Shown: positions 38,307-48,984, counted from the stretch's first letter. The stretch: 64,000 bases of DNA from Pseudomonadota bacterium (GCA_036344075.1 JAYYUJ010000011.1:2794-66793); one strand, 5' to 3'. Numbers and translations are program-made. Notes: generated by a model not told the origin, from the sequence alone.

Positions 38307-39221
38307 TTACACCACTAGCAAAATCACCAGCATTGCAGCCAAGGAAACAAGCATTGCATGCTGGCTAATCGTTTCAATCCTTTCAACTTGCTTTTGAATG
38401 CTTAATCTAGCGGATTGATTAATCCCTTCATTGTGGTGTTGACTTACGACTGGCAAGGCAAGAAAAAACTCGACAAACAAACTGCTGGCCGTGATGCGGT
38501 CGAACAGCCTGGCGCTAAGTAATTCTAGGCTGGTACCGAAATAACTCACTGCGCCTAGTAATAGCACCCATATTCGAGCTGGCAGCCAATCCATGATACT
38601 AACAATAAGGCTGGCGTCTCTTCCCAGTGATGTTGAATCCACTTCAGCCTTTTGCGAGTCGGAACCACCATTAATGGACGCTTCAAGTGCTAGCTGACTC
38701 ACCGCTGCTGTGTGAGAATCTATGCAGTTATGGCACATCCGATACAGTAAAGCCCCAGGAGCTCCTAAAATCAGGAACCAAAAAATGACCGAAAACCATC
38801 GCTCATAGAGCTGATAAGCGACACATTGATAGAGCCGCCCTGTCAGATGCTCAGTTTGCTCATCTAAGCCATAATAACGCTGTGCAGCCGCAGAAACCTC
38901 TTCATCATTTATTGAGAAACGAAAAGCCTGTGATCGACTGACTGCATCCCCCCTGCCAATGGCAAAAAGAAGAATAGTCATATTTACCAAAAATATCGGT
39001 ATGCTCGCTAAACTATCCCCTAACACAGCAATAAAAAAAGCCACCATGGTAACGGGTAACAGCAATATAAGTAGATTCAATACCGTTGAGTTCACGGTAT
39101 TGGGAATCAGACTTAAAAAATACTTATGCCATGCTCGCTGAAGGTCATCACGTTGAAGCACAGCAATACCACCCCAAACTTGAATCACCAACCATGTCAA
39201 AATAAGTGTTAGTAGGTACAT
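38307..39221 (-). CDS. ampE: Beta-lactamase induction membrane protein AmpE
   Basis: 304-aa polytopic membrane protein immediately downstream of ampD. Confidence 0.75.
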   Translation of the reverse strand: MYLLTLILTWLVIQVWGGIAVLQRDDLQRAWHKYFLSLIPNTVNSTVLNLLILLLPVTMVAFFIAVLGDSLASIPIFLVNMTILLFAIGRGDAVSRSQAFRFSINDEEVSAAAQRYYGLDEQTEHLTGRLYQCVAYQLYERWFSVIFWFLILGAPGALLYRMCHNCIDSHTAAVSQLALEASINGGSDSQKAEVDSTSLGRDASLIVSIMDWLPARIWVLLLGAVSYFGTSLELLSARLFDRITASSLFVEFFLALPVVSQHHNEGINQSARLSIQKQVERIETISQHAMLVSLAAMLVILLVV

Positions 39222-39257
39222 AGCGTTCCTCAGTGAAAAATTAGGCGTTTTCGCAAC

Positions 39258-39875
39258 TCAGCTGTCGCCTTGATCAATAACAGCCGCCAACTCCGCTTGA
39301 AAAAAGGTCCAATCAAATCTTTGGCCTGGATCTGTCTTCCTACCAGAGGCTATCGTGTCATGACCCACAATTCGTTCGGCTGTAAGCGCTGGGTAATGCG
39401 CAATAAGCGCAGCACTAATTGCGACCAAGGTCTGATATTGGATCAGTTCATAGGGGTCTTGATCGGTTCCTTCTAGTTCAATACCGATACTAAAATCGTT
39501 ACAGCGATTGCGGCCTTGATAGCAAGACTGACCTGCATGCCAAGCACGCTGATCAAAATTGACAAATTGGATGATCTCGCCCGTTCTTCGAATTAGTGCA
39601 TGCGCCGAAACTTTGAGATCCGCAATACCTCTATAATAAGGATGCTCATTTGGATCTAATTGATTCATAAACAACTGCTCTATACCTCTTCCGCCAAACT
39701 GCTTTGGCGGTAAAGCAATGCAATGAACAACCAATAAATCAATGATAGAACCTAACGGTCGTTGGTCATAATTGGGAGAGGCTACTTGTTTAACACTTTC
39801 GAGCCAACCATCAATCAAACAAAATCCTGACGCTACGGATAACGAGGAAACCGACTGTCTCTGAGAATCAGTCAT
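39258..39875 (-). CDS. ampD: 1,6-anhydro-N-acetylmuramyl-L-alanine amidase AmpD
   Basis: 205 aa. It contains ASPNYDQRP, VSAHALIRRTGEIIQFV, RAWHAG, RCNDFSIGIELEG and GHDTIASGRKTDPG. These align closely to E. coli AmpD as I recall it. Confidence 0.92.
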   Translation of the reverse strand: MTDSQRQSVSSLSVASGFCLIDGWLESVKQVASPNYDQRPLGSIIDLLVVHCIALPPKQFGGRGIEQLFMNQLDPNEHPYYRGIADLKVSAHALIRRTGEIIQFVNFDQRAWHAGQSCYQGRNRCNDFSIGIELEGTDQDPYELIQYQTLVAISAALIAHYPALTAERIVGHDTIASGRKTDPGQRFDWTFFQAELAAVIDQGDS

Positions 39876-40186
39876 TTCGATATTTTCCAGTCAATGCTTT
39901 TTTTAATCATTGTTTACCCAAGTAATGCCTGCCTAATCTTAACTATTTCGGGCAATGTTGCCAGCTAAATGACACAATACTGATCATAGCGTGATGGGCG
40001 AGCAACGAAAACAGTAGAAAAGCAAAATAATTGCTTTCATAATGACAGAACAAACGAAACACTAGCAGCAAAAGCTCTTTTCTAGCATGAAACAGCTCTA
40101 ATTGCTCGCTTTGGTCAAAATAAGTGCAATATTGGTATTTTTTATCTTCGTATTTATTAATCCTCTGGCATGAATAATAGAAAGTC

Positions 40187-40717
40187 ATGAACAACGAACC
40201 GAATAAGAGCGATCAACAAGCTAGCTCGATAGGCCTAGCCATGAGTGTGATTGCCTGGCTATTACTACTGGTCATGCTTGGCCTTTATTTCCAAGATAAA
40301 CTTGCGGCTCATATCAACCCCAATCAAGTTCCTGAGATGCTGGTTCTAGATGGCAGAGCAAGCTTAGTATTGAATGCTAATCGTAAAAAGCATTTCGTCA
40401 TGACTGGCAAGGTTAATGGGATAAAGACCATGTTAATTATCGACACTGGCGCGACGAGAGTCGTCATACCTGCCGATATAGCACGTTCATTGCAACTTCA
40501 GCCTGGTAAAAGAGGTATTTCTTATACAGCGAATGGCCCTGTCGAAACTTATCAGACCACAATCGCATTGCTTGAACTGGGCGAAATCACACTGACAAAT
40601 GTCGATGCAGAAATCAACGCTGGGATGAATGGCATGGGTAAAATATTGCTGGGTATGAGCGCCCTCTCACAAATTGAATTTAGTCAGCGTAATGGTCAGT
40701 TAATACTTCGGCAATAA
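40187..40717 (+). CDS. Retropepsin-like clan AA aspartic protease (TIGR02281-like), membrane anchored
   Basis: 176 aa. It has an N-terminal TM segment and the active-site motif LIIDTGATRVVIP. Confidence 0.7.
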   Translation: MNNEPNKSDQQASSIGLAMSVIAWLLLLVMLGLYFQDKLAAHINPNQVPEMLVLDGRASLVLNANRKKHFVMTGKVNGIKTMLIIDTGATRVVIPADIARSLQLQPGKRGISYTANGPVETYQTTIALLELGEITLTNVDAEINAGMNGMGKILLGMSALSQIEFSQRNGQLILRQ

Positions 40718-40868
40718 GGCCGCACAGCACTTAATAACACATACTCATCCTGCCTGCACAGCGATCAACATGGCTAGCAATCATTGCTATTAATCATTAT
40801 GATATAACAGTTTACCAGCGCATTCAGAGCAAGCGTGCCTACCCATCATAAACTGAAATATATAACTT

Positions 40869-41708
40869 ATGCTCGATAAAAACCGACTCTCAGACGACAT
40901 CAGGCATTCTGTAAAAACCGCATTACTGGAAGATATCGGCACAGGTGATATAACCGCACAACTGGTTGGCGAACATGAGCGTTACCAAGCATCGGTGATT
41001 ACCCGCGAACCAGCCATCATTGCAGGTATTGAATGGGTCAATGAAACCTACAGACAATTAGATCCTGAACTCTCTATTGATTGGTTGATAAACGACGGCG
41101 ATAGCGTCACTGCTAACCAAACCTTATTTACTGCGGAAGGTTCGGCAAGACATTTGCTGACAGGGGAACGCACTGCCCTCAATTTCTTACAACTACTGTC
41201 AGGCACTGCCACCCTATGCAAGCAGTACGCTGAATTAGTTGAACACAGTGGCGTGAAGTTATTGGACACCAGAAAAACCATTCCGGGCTTACGAACCGCT
41301 CAAAAATATGCTGTTAGCTGTGGTGGGTGTCACAACCATCGGGTTGGCTTATACGATGCTTTTCTTATTAAAGAAAATCATATTACCGCTTGCGGCTCGA
41401 TAAGCAAAGCGATCGACAAAGCTCGCAAGAATCATCCTGAGTTACCAATAGAAATTGAAGTTGAATCTCTTGAAGAATTGAGCTTAGCGCTCGAGCATAA
41501 AGCTGATATTATCATGTTAGATAATTTTTCTATTGCCGATCTGTCCTTAGCGGTGAAAATAAATAATGGTCGTGCAAAACTTGAAGCATCAGGTAATGTT
41601 AGTATTGAAAACCTTGTATCACTCGCTGAAACCGGCGTCGATTATATTTCGATAGGCGCACTAACTAAACATGTAAAAGCTATCGATCTATCGATGCGAT
41701 TCCAATAA
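40869..41708 (+). CDS. nadC: Nicotinate-nucleotide diphosphorylase (quinolinate phosphoribosyltransferase)
   Basis: 279 aa. It contains [20 protein letters not shown] and MLDNF. Confidence 0.92.
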   Translation: MLDKNRLSDDIRHSVKTALLEDIGTGDITAQLVGEHERYQASVITREPAIIAGIEWVNETYRQLDPELSIDWLINDGDSVTANQTLFTAEGSARHLLTGERTALNFLQLLSGTATLCKQYAELVEHSGVKLLDTRKTIPGLRTAQKYAVSCGGCHNHRVGLYDAFLIKENHITACGSISKAIDKARKNHPELPIEIEVESLEELSLALEHKADIIMLDNFSIADLSLAVKINNGRAKLEASGNVSIENLVSLAETGVDYISIGALTKHVKAIDLSMRFQ

Positions 41709-41725
41709 TAAAAGAAGAACCATTC

Positions 41726-42610
41726 ATGCAGGTCTTAACTGAATTGACAGCTCATCATGCAGAGTTTTTTATTTTCTGCTTCGCGTTACTAGGTTTAATT
41801 GTTGGAAGCTTTTTAAACGTAGTGATTTATCGATTACCGATTATGCTCGAAAGAAAGTGGCAACTAGCTATTGAAAACAATGAGGAGAATGAAGCTGAAC
41901 CAGCTAACGAGTCTGCGCTATTTAATCTATCCTTCCCAAGCTCTCACTGCCCAGCCTGCATGAGTAAAATCAAACCTTGGCAAAATATTCCAGTAGTCAG
42001 TTTTTTAATGCTGAAAGGCAGATGTGCAAACTGCAATATCTGTATCTCCTATCGCTACCCTTGCGTAGAGCTACTAACCGCTTTCATCAGCTTTATCGTT
42101 GCTTGGCATTTCATGCCGTCTATTGCTCTAGTATTAGCCGCTTTAATTTTCAGTTGGTCTTTGATCGCTTTGACAGGCATCGACTACGACACCTACTTAT
42201 TGCCTGATTCAATCACCTTACCGCTAATCTGGCTAGGCTTAATAGTTAATTACTTTGGCGGCTTCACGACACTAGAAAGTGCTTTATGGGGCGCAATCTT
42301 TGGCTATCTATCACTATGGAGTGTCTTTTGGTTATTTAAGCTCGCTACCGGTAGAGATGGCATGGGCTATGGCGACTTCAAACTGCTTTCCGCCATAGGC
42401 GCATGGCTTGGCTGGCAATTACTGCCTTTAATTATTTTATTATCATCACTAGTTGGCGCAGTGATTGGTATAAGCTTAATTATTTTTAAAAGCCAAGACA
42501 AAAATGAACCTATCCCCTTTGGGCCCTATCTCGCTACAGCAAGTTGGTTTGCTTTAATTTGGGGAGAGCAGCTTAATGCCAGCTATTGGCAATTAATGGC
42601 CCTACTTTAA
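41726..42610 (+). CDS. pilD: Prepilin peptidase / N-methyltransferase (A24 family)
   Basis: 294 aa. The Zn motif reads CPAC..CANC and the catalytic Asp motifs are IDYD and GYGDFKL. Confidence 0.9.
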   Translation: MQVLTELTAHHAEFFIFCFALLGLIVGSFLNVVIYRLPIMLERKWQLAIENNEENEAEPANESALFNLSFPSSHCPACMSKIKPWQNIPVVSFLMLKGRCANCNICISYRYPCVELLTAFISFIVAWHFMPSIALVLAALIFSWSLIALTGIDYDTYLLPDSITLPLIWLGLIVNYFGGFTTLESALWGAIFGYLSLWSVFWLFKLATGRDGMGYGDFKLLSAIGAWLGWQLLPLIILLSSLVGAVIGISLIIFKSQDKNEPIPFGPYLATASWFALIWGEQLNASYWQLMALL

Positions 42611-42635
42611 ACAATCCACAAGCAAGAACGCTGCT

Positions 42636-43409
42636 TTACTTTCTCGACCGCTCTATTAAATCATAGGCCGCCTGAATCTCTTGTGTTTTTTCAGTCGCCA
42701 TCGCCACCATATCAGCAGGCACTCCCTTTGCTATCATTTTATCGGGATGATTTTGACTCATTAACTTGCGGTAAGCGCGCTTAAGCTCTTTATCACTGAT
42801 GGATGAATCGACGCCCATAGCCTTATAAGCTGTCGTTAAATCGTCAATTCCGCCTGCCGATTGACCACCAGCAAAGCTACGCTGGGCTTTGAGCATCTCA
42901 ATCATACGCTCAAAACTACGCATTTCAATACCTATCGATCGCGCAACTCGGCGTAAAATCGCTTCCTCACTGGCGTGCAATTCATCATCAGCAATCGCTA
43001 TTTCAACTAGAAATATTAATAAATTTTGCTTCAAGTCCGCTCTGAATCGAACAGCAGTAGAGAATGTTGATAACAGTGCTGTCATATCAAAATCAGCGGA
43101 TGTGCCGTGCTTAAAATACTCAATGGCTTGTTGCCGCTTAGCGCCACTGACACCCAGCTTGCTCATCATAATCTCAGCCTGATCAATTTCATCTTGGCTA
43201 ACTTTACCGTCGGCTTTTGCTATATGCCCCATGAGTGAGAAAACGGTGGTAAAGAAAATATCACCGCTTTGACTATGAAGATCATAGCCATTTCGCAAAT
43301 TAGCTTGCAAACCGCTGTTAAAAAAACCAGCAACAAAATAGCCCAATATGGCGCCAAACAATCCTCCAAACAACCAAAAACCAATGATTGCGCCCATTAT
43401 CTTCGCCAC
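42636..43409 (-). CDS. djlA: Co-chaperone DjlA (membrane-anchored J-domain protein)
   Basis: 257 aa. It has an N-terminal TM segment, a TerB-like middle domain and the C-terminal J-domain KAMGV..ELKRAYRKLMSQNHPDK. Confidence 0.9.
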   Translation of the reverse strand: MAKIMGAIIGFWLFGGLFGAILGYFVAGFFNSGLQANLRNGYDLHSQSGDIFFTTVFSLMGHIAKADGKVSQDEIDQAEIMMSKLGVSGAKRQQAIEYFKHGTSADFDMTALLSTFSTAVRFRADLKQNLLIFLVEIAIADDELHASEEAILRRVARSIGIEMRSFERMIEMLKAQRSFAGGQSAGGIDDLTTAYKAMGVDSSISDKELKRAYRKLMSQNHPDKMIAKGVPADMVAMATEKTQEIQAAYDLIERSRK

Positions 43410-43447
43410 AACGGTTACCTCTCAATATAAACGGCTAAGAGCCTAAC

Positions 43448-43474
43448 AAAAAGGCCGGCATAGGCCGACCTTTT
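43448..43474 (-). terminator. Rho-independent terminator ending the 55.8-43.5 kb catabolic operon
   Basis: The minus-strand RNA reads AAAAGGUCGGC-cuau-GCCGGCCUUUU followed by UGUU. This is an 11-bp stem with one G-U pair. On the plus strand the same position is a C-A mismatch, which favours minus-strand function. It lies 27 nt after the thiolase stop. Confidence 0.65.
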
Positions 43475-43500
43475 AAGTATAGAACAATTAAACTCTAGGG

Positions 43501-44703
43501 TTAAGCAACTTCAAATAAGCCTGCTGCACCCATACCACCACCAATGCACATAGTCACTACAGCATACCTCTCACCTCGCCGCTTGGCTTCAAGTAATGCG
43601 TGCCCGACCATTCTTGCACCACTCATACCAAAAGGATGACCAATAGAAATAGCGCCGCCATTAATATTTAACTTCTCATTATCGATACCTAGCTGATCGC
43701 GGCAATAAATAACCTGACAAGCGAAGGCCTCATTTAATTCCCAAACGCCAATATCGGCAATTGATAAACCGTGCCGTTCAAGTAATTTTGGCACTGCAAA
43801 TACCGGCCCTATTCCCATCTCGTCCGACTGACAACCCGCCACTGAGATACCTCGATAATAACCTAAAGGCGAAAGCCCTTGCGCTTTAGCTATATTCGCC
43901 TCCATGATCAGTGAGGCGGAAGCACCGTCTGATAATTGGGAAGAATTGCCTGCTGTGATAAAACGACCTTCTTTCACCCACTGGCCATCTTTCCACACGG
44001 GTGCCAAACCCTGCAAACCCTCCAGCGTTGTTGACGGACGATTACATTCATCTTTTGCAACGGTCACTTCTTCATAGCTTGTTTCTTTCGTCTCACGATT
44101 AAAAACTGCTTTAACAGCCTGCATCGGTACGATTTCATCATTAAAGATCCCACTTTCTTGTGCTGCTGCCGTACGTTGCTGACTTTGTAAACTGTATTCA
44201 TCTTGCATTTCGCGAGAAATCCCATAGCGCTCAGAAACCACCTCAGCGGTTTCTAACATAGGCATATAGGCAGTAGGGTCAACCTCAATTGCCGCTGCCG
44301 ATTGGCTTCGATAGCTATTCTTATGCTTGTTTTGGGTCAGTGAAATCGATTCAACACCGCCTGCTACAGCCACATCATAGTCATTGCAGATGATACTTTT
44401 AGCTGCAGTCGCAATTGACATTAAGCCTGAGGAGCATTGTCGCTCAATCGCCATACCTGCAGTGGTTTCAGGTAAACCGCCAACCAAACCACATAAACGC
44501 CCTAAGTTATACGATTGCGTACCTTGCTGTGCGGCGGCGCCAAAGATGCAATCGTCAACCATCGTTGGATCAATGCCTGCTTTTTCTATTACTGCTTTGA
44601 CACAATGACCACCCATAGCTGGCGCCTCGGTATCATTAAAGCTACCTCGAAAAGATTTTGCCAAGGCCGTTCTTGCTGTTGAAACGATGACAGCTTCACG
44701 CAT
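43501..44703 (-). CDS. Acetyl-CoA C-acyltransferase (true thiolase)
   Basis: 400 aa. The nucleophile reads ERQCSSGL, the His motif reads [10 protein letters not shown] and the C-terminal base reads TMCIGGGMG. Confidence 0.85.
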   Translation of the reverse strand: MREAVIVSTARTALAKSFRGSFNDTEAPAMGGHCVKAVIEKAGIDPTMVDDCIFGAAAQQGTQSYNLGRLCGLVGGLPETTAGMAIERQCSSGLMSIATAAKSIICNDYDVAVAGGVESISLTQNKHKNSYRSQSAAAIEVDPTAYMPMLETAEVVSERYGISREMQDEYSLQSQQRTAAAQESGIFNDEIVPMQAVKAVFNRETKETSYEEVTVAKDECNRPSTTLEGLQGLAPVWKDGQWVKEGRFITAGNSSQLSDGASASLIMEANIAKAQGLSPLGYYRGISVAGCQSDEMGIGPVFAVPKLLERHGLSIADIGVWELNEAFACQVIYCRDQLGIDNEKLNINGGAISIGHPFGMSGARMVGHALLEAKRRGERYAVVTMCIGGGMGAAGLFEVA

Positions 44704-44762
44704 AGTGTAATCTCCAAACTGTACTAGTTAAGTTAAGGAATGAGTAGCGACGCTGATTGACA

Positions 44763-45548
44763 TCAACTTCTCTGTGATGAACAACTGACAACCTCACCTG
44801 TCATATAAGAAGAATAATCGCTGGCTAGGAACATCATAACATTAGCCACTTCCCACACTTCAGCCCCGCGACCAAAAGCTTCGTTTTTAACCAACTCATT
44901 TAATAACTCTTCTGAAGAAGTTTTCTTTAAGAAATCATGAACCGCAATACTTGGAGAGACCGCATTAATTCGCACACCAAACTCAGCCGCCTCTAATGCC
45001 GAACAACGCGTTAAAGCCATGACTCCGGCCTTTGCTGCAGCGTAATGGGCTTGCTCGGTTTGAGCTCGCCAACCAAGCACTGAGGCGTTATTCACAATCA
45101 CACCTTTACCGCGTGACTGCATATGCTTTAGCACCGCTCGTGTCATACGCATAGTACCAGTTAAGGTAACATCAATTACTCGATGCCACTCATCATCTTC
45201 CATATCAATCACTGATTTAGAACCACCCAAACCCGCGTTATTTATTAAGACATCAATATGTCCCATTTGCTCCACTGCATTGGTTAACAACGACTGCACA
45301 TCATTTTCATCTGTAACATTACAGAGTTGTGTATACGGACGTAACCCCGTTTCTTGTTCTAACTTATCGGCTGACTTGGCTAGTCGTACTTCATGAATGT
45401 CAGCAATCATAAGTGCAGATGCTCCTTCTTCAGCGGAGCGCTTTGCCGCGGCAAAACCAATTCCTGCACCCGCCGCCGCCGTTACTAGCACCGTTTTACC
45501 TGCCAAAAGGTTATGCCCTTCGACGTAGTCTGGAATATTATTATTCAA
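44763..45548 (-). CDS. Short-chain dehydrogenase/reductase
   Basis: 261 aa. It contains TAAAGAGIG, NNAG and YAAAKAGV. The TTG start follows GAGGA. Confidence 0.8.
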   Translation of the reverse strand: MNNNIPDYVEGHNLLAGKTVLVTAAAGAGIGFAAAKRSAEEGASALMIADIHEVRLAKSADKLEQETGLRPYTQLCNVTDENDVQSLLTNAVEQMGHIDVLINNAGLGGSKSVIDMEDDEWHRVIDVTLTGTMRMTRAVLKHMQSRGKGVIVNNASVLGWRAQTEQAHYAAAKAGVMALTRCSALEAAEFGVRINAVSPSIAVHDFLKKTSSEELLNELVKNEAFGRGAEVWEVANVMMFLASDYSSYMTGEVVSCSSQRS

Positions 45549-45589
45549 GGACTTATCCTCATAATTTAACGTTATTTTTGATATAAAAA

Positions 45590-46771
45590 CTATCCCTTCG
45601 CTTCACGCGGCATCCCTAAGCCCCGCTCGGCGATGATATTACGCTGTACCTGATTAGTGCCGCCGTAAATAGTGTCAGATCGAGTAAATAAATACATCGA
45701 CTGTAATCGGGTTAACTCATAGGGACCAGACTCACAAATTTCAGATTCTGGGCCTAAAACGTCCATCGCTAATTTACCTAAGTTACGATGCCAGCTCGCC
45801 CAATGTAACTTATAAACAAGCGCTGACTTATCTAAATCGCCACTACTTGGATCAGACAGCATCCGCATTGCGTTATAGCGCATTAGACGCAGCCCTGTAT
45901 GTGCTTCAGCGATTCGCTGCCGCAAAGCAGGGTCTTGACTCGCACCATTATTTTTAGCGACGTGAACAATAGTATCCAATTCATTTTGAAACAACATTTG
46001 CTGGCCAAGTGTCGAAACACCACGCTCGAAACCGAGTAACGCCATTGCAATCGCCCAACCCTCACCTGGCTGACCTAAAATATCTTCGGCAACCGCCTCA
46101 TCAAAAAATACTTCGTTAAATTCTGAGGTTCCGGTAAGCTGTTCTATCGGTCTTACTTCTATACCCGGTTGATCCATTTTAACCAGGAAAAAACCTAAAC
46201 CCTTATGTCGCTCTGACTGAGGATCAGTTCTGGCCACCACAAAACACCAATCGGATTCATGCGCCAATGAAGTCCATACTTTTTGACCACTGATACGCCA
46301 TTTATTGAGGTCTTCATCAAGCACTGCTTTAGTTTTAACGCCAGCCAAATCGGATCCTGCAGAAGGTTCAGAATATCCCTGACACCACAATTCTGAGCCA
46401 TCTAAAATTCCAGGTAAATATTTTTGCTTCTGCTCTTCGCTGCCATAGGCGATAATCGTCGGACCTGTTAAGCCTTCACCAATGTGACCCATCCGGCCTG
46501 GCCCGCCAACACGGGCATACTCTTCATGAAATATAACTTGTTGTTCGATACTTGCATCTTTACCACCATAAGCTTCAGGCCAACCGATACAGGTCCAGCC
46601 GCCTGCCGCCATCTTTTTTTCCCATTGGTGTCGTTCAGACGGGTACATATGCTCATCACCGGGTCCACCACGGTAGCGAATCTTTTCAAACTCACCGGTT
46701 AAATTATCTGCTAACCAAGCTGAAAACTCGGCTCTAAACAGCTCATCTTCCGCACTGAATTGCAGTTTCAT
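45590..46771 (-). CDS. Acyl-CoA dehydrogenase family protein (one subunit of an adjacent pair)
   Basis: 393 aa with the ACAD fold. The C-terminal motif reads IYGGTNQVQRNIIAER, with Gly where MCAD has the catalytic Glu. It overlaps the upstream ACAD gene by 4 nt. Confidence 0.8.
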   Translation of the reverse strand: MKLQFSAEDELFRAEFSAWLADNLTGEFEKIRYRGGPGDEHMYPSERHQWEKKMAAGGWTCIGWPEAYGGKDASIEQQVIFHEEYARVGGPGRMGHIGEGLTGPTIIAYGSEEQKQKYLPGILDGSELWCQGYSEPSAGSDLAGVKTKAVLDEDLNKWRISGQKVWTSLAHESDWCFVVARTDPQSERHKGLGFFLVKMDQPGIEVRPIEQLTGTSEFNEVFFDEAVAEDILGQPGEGWAIAMALLGFERGVSTLGQQMLFQNELDTIVHVAKNNGASQDPALRQRIAEAHTGLRLMRYNAMRMLSDPSSGDLDKSALVYKLHWASWHRNLGKLAMDVLGPESEICESGPYELTRLQSMYLFTRSDTIYGGTNQVQRNIIAERGLGMPREAKG

Positions 46772-47952
46772 GATAGACCTCCATAAGTATCGAGCAACTG
46801 CTTCGCGATTAATTCTCGATGGTAACTGGCATTACCTAAAAACGTTTCTGTTGATTTGGCCCGCTTAAAGTACAAATGACAGTCGTATTCCCAGGTGAAA
46901 CCAACACCGCCAAAAAACTGGATCGCATTTCCAGCATTAAAAAAGAACGCATCCGAGCAATAGGCTTTCGCCATGCTGGCCGCTTGTGGCAAATCATCAA
47001 TCAATTCAGCGTCACCTTGCTCGGCCAACACTTCTTGGCCTACACAAGCGGCAAAATAGACGGCTGAACGCGCTACCTCAGCTTTTAACATCATATCGGC
47101 AGCCTTGTGTTTGATTGCTTGATAGCTCGCTATTTTACGACCAAATTGCTCTCGTTCTTGCGTATAATCGACGGCCATGTCTAGAGTTTGTTGCGCACCA
47201 CCCATCTGCTCTGCCGCTACCGCTATTTGAGCTAACTGAATAATGGCTGATAGTTTTGACCAGCCACCATCTGCATTGACCATTAATGCAGAATCATCAA
47301 CAGAAACAGCCGCCAAGTTAATTTCAGCCTGCTTGCGCGTCTGATCCATAGTCGGCAACCATTGACGCGTAACACCTTCAACTTCTGAAGACAAAGCAAA
47401 TAAGGCAACTCCTTGCTCACCCTGACTGCCCTCTTCTCGTGCAGCTACTATAAGTAGATCTGCCGTGTGGCCATCGGGCACAAAGCGAAACTGACCATTT
47501 AAGAGATAACCAGCATCTGTTTTCTGGTAAGTGGCTTGCACGCCATGCGCATCCCAGCGCCCATTGATGCCGGTATACGCCAATGTAGCGGTTAATTGCC
47601 CTTCGGCGATTTTGGGTAAATAATCGGCCTTTTGCTGCTCAGTGCCTGCCATTAACAAAGCATTTACGCCAAGACAAACCGTTGAAAAATACGGCGAGCA
47701 GAGCAAATACTTGCCCATTTTTTCTAGCAGTACAGCTAATTCAACATAGCCTAGCCCCATGCCGCCATAAGCCTCAGGAATATGAATGGCCGGCCACACC
47801 ATCTCTTCACAGATGCGCTGCCAAACCTGCTGATCATAGCCATGCTCGGTCTGCATAGCTTCGCGCACCGCCGCACTTGATGACACATCAGCCAAAAAGT
47901 TTTCTGCCGACTCGCGAATCATTTCTTGCTCTTCAGTTAATGCAAAATCCAA
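46768..47952 (-). CDS. Acyl-CoA dehydrogenase family protein (partner subunit)
   Basis: 394 aa. It contains GGVGFTWEYDCHLYFKRA. The TTG start follows GAGGTG. Confidence 0.8.
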   Translation of the reverse strand: MDFALTEEQEMIRESAENFLADVSSSAAVREAMQTEHGYDQQVWQRICEEMVWPAIHIPEAYGGMGLGYVELAVLLEKMGKYLLCSPYFSTVCLGVNALLMAGTEQQKADYLPKIAEGQLTATLAYTGINGRWDAHGVQATYQKTDAGYLLNGQFRFVPDGHTADLLIVAAREEGSQGEQGVALFALSSEVEGVTRQWLPTMDQTRKQAEINLAAVSVDDSALMVNADGGWSKLSAIIQLAQIAVAAEQMGGAQQTLDMAVDYTQEREQFGRKIASYQAIKHKAADMMLKAEVARSAVYFAACVGQEVLAEQGDAELIDDLPQAASMAKAYCSDAFFFNAGNAIQFFGGVGFTWEYDCHLYFKRAKSTETFLGNASYHRELIAKQLLDTYGGLS

Positions 47953-47997
47953 GTCCTACACCTCTACACAATTAGCCAATTAACTCAGCACTAATAT

Positions 47998-48885
47998 TTA
48001 ACTGCCATAAACTTTTTGCGCTGGCACTTCTTTTGCGAGTAATTCATCGATTGCTGCTCCTATTTCTACCGCTTGCCAGCGATCACCTTTATCGACACCT
48101 TCAGTGGAGCGCCAACCATCAGCGATGGATATTTTACCGCCTTCGGCCTCAAAAATTCGACCAGTAACGGCAGCACCCTGCTCTGAACCGAGCCAAACTA
48201 GTAAAGGCGATACATTATCTGCCGCCCAATAATCAAAACTACCATCTTCAGGCTTAGCCATACGAGTTGCCATTGACTCGACGGCGGTTGTCATCGCGGT
48301 TCTAGCGGCAGGTGCTACGGCGTTAGCAGTAATTCCGTAACGACCCAACTCAGCAGCTTGATTTAATGTTAAGGCAGCAATGCCGGCTTTCGCTGCAGCG
48401 TAGTTCGACTGGCCAACTGATCCTTGAAGACCAGCGCCAGAAGTAGTATTTATGATACGAGCGGTAACTTTAGCACCAGCTTTGGACTGTGCTCGCCAAT
48501 ACTGAACGGCATGTGAGCTAATACAAAAATGACCTTTTAAGTGTACCGCCATGATCGCATCCCACTCTGCTTCCGATAAAGAAGCAAACATCCTATCGCG
48601 GTTAATGCCAGCATTATTGACCACAATATCTAAGCCACCAAAGATCTCAATAGCTTGCTTAACCGCGTTTTGCGCGTCGTCATAATGAGTAATATCACTA
48701 TGGTTAGCCACCGCTTTACCACCAGCAGCATTGATCTCTTCAACCACAGACGCCGCCGCTTCTTGATTAATATCATTGACAACCACGCTAGCGCCTTCTT
48801 TTGCAAACTCTCGCGCATGTGCCGCACCTAATCCACCACCAGCGCCGGTAATGATTACAACTCTTGACTGACAAATACCTGACAT
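47998..48885 (-). CDS. SDR resembling the dehydrogenase domain of MFE-2/Hsd4A (3-hydroxyacyl-CoA / 17beta-hydroxysteroid dehydrogenase type)
   Basis: 295 aa. It contains VVIITGAGGGLGAAHAREFAKEGASVVVNDI, NNAGI and YAAAKAG. Confidence 0.7.
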   Translation of the reverse strand: MSGICQSRVVIITGAGGGLGAAHAREFAKEGASVVVNDINQEAAASVVEEINAAGGKAVANHSDITHYDDAQNAVKQAIEIFGGLDIVVNNAGINRDRMFASLSEAEWDAIMAVHLKGHFCISSHAVQYWRAQSKAGAKVTARIINTTSGAGLQGSVGQSNYAAAKAGIAALTLNQAAELGRYGITANAVAPAARTAMTTAVESMATRMAKPEDGSFDYWAADNVSPLLVWLGSEQGAAVTGRIFEAEGGKISIADGWRSTEGVDKGDRWQAVEIGAAIDELLAKEVPAQKVYGS

Positions 48886-48984
48886 TTAAAAACTCCTGTT
48901 GAATGATTATCTATTGATTTCAGTCTGAAAATAATGAGCCGCAAAAAAATTAAGGGGTCATTAATACGCTCAATTCAATCAGTA

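Noticed and set aside
39943-40194. An 83-aa ORF between ampD and the aspartic protease gene
   Set aside because: It lies in the divergent promoter region and overlaps the protease start. Its Cys/Phe/Tyr-rich low-complexity translation has no recognisable motif, so it is likely spurious.
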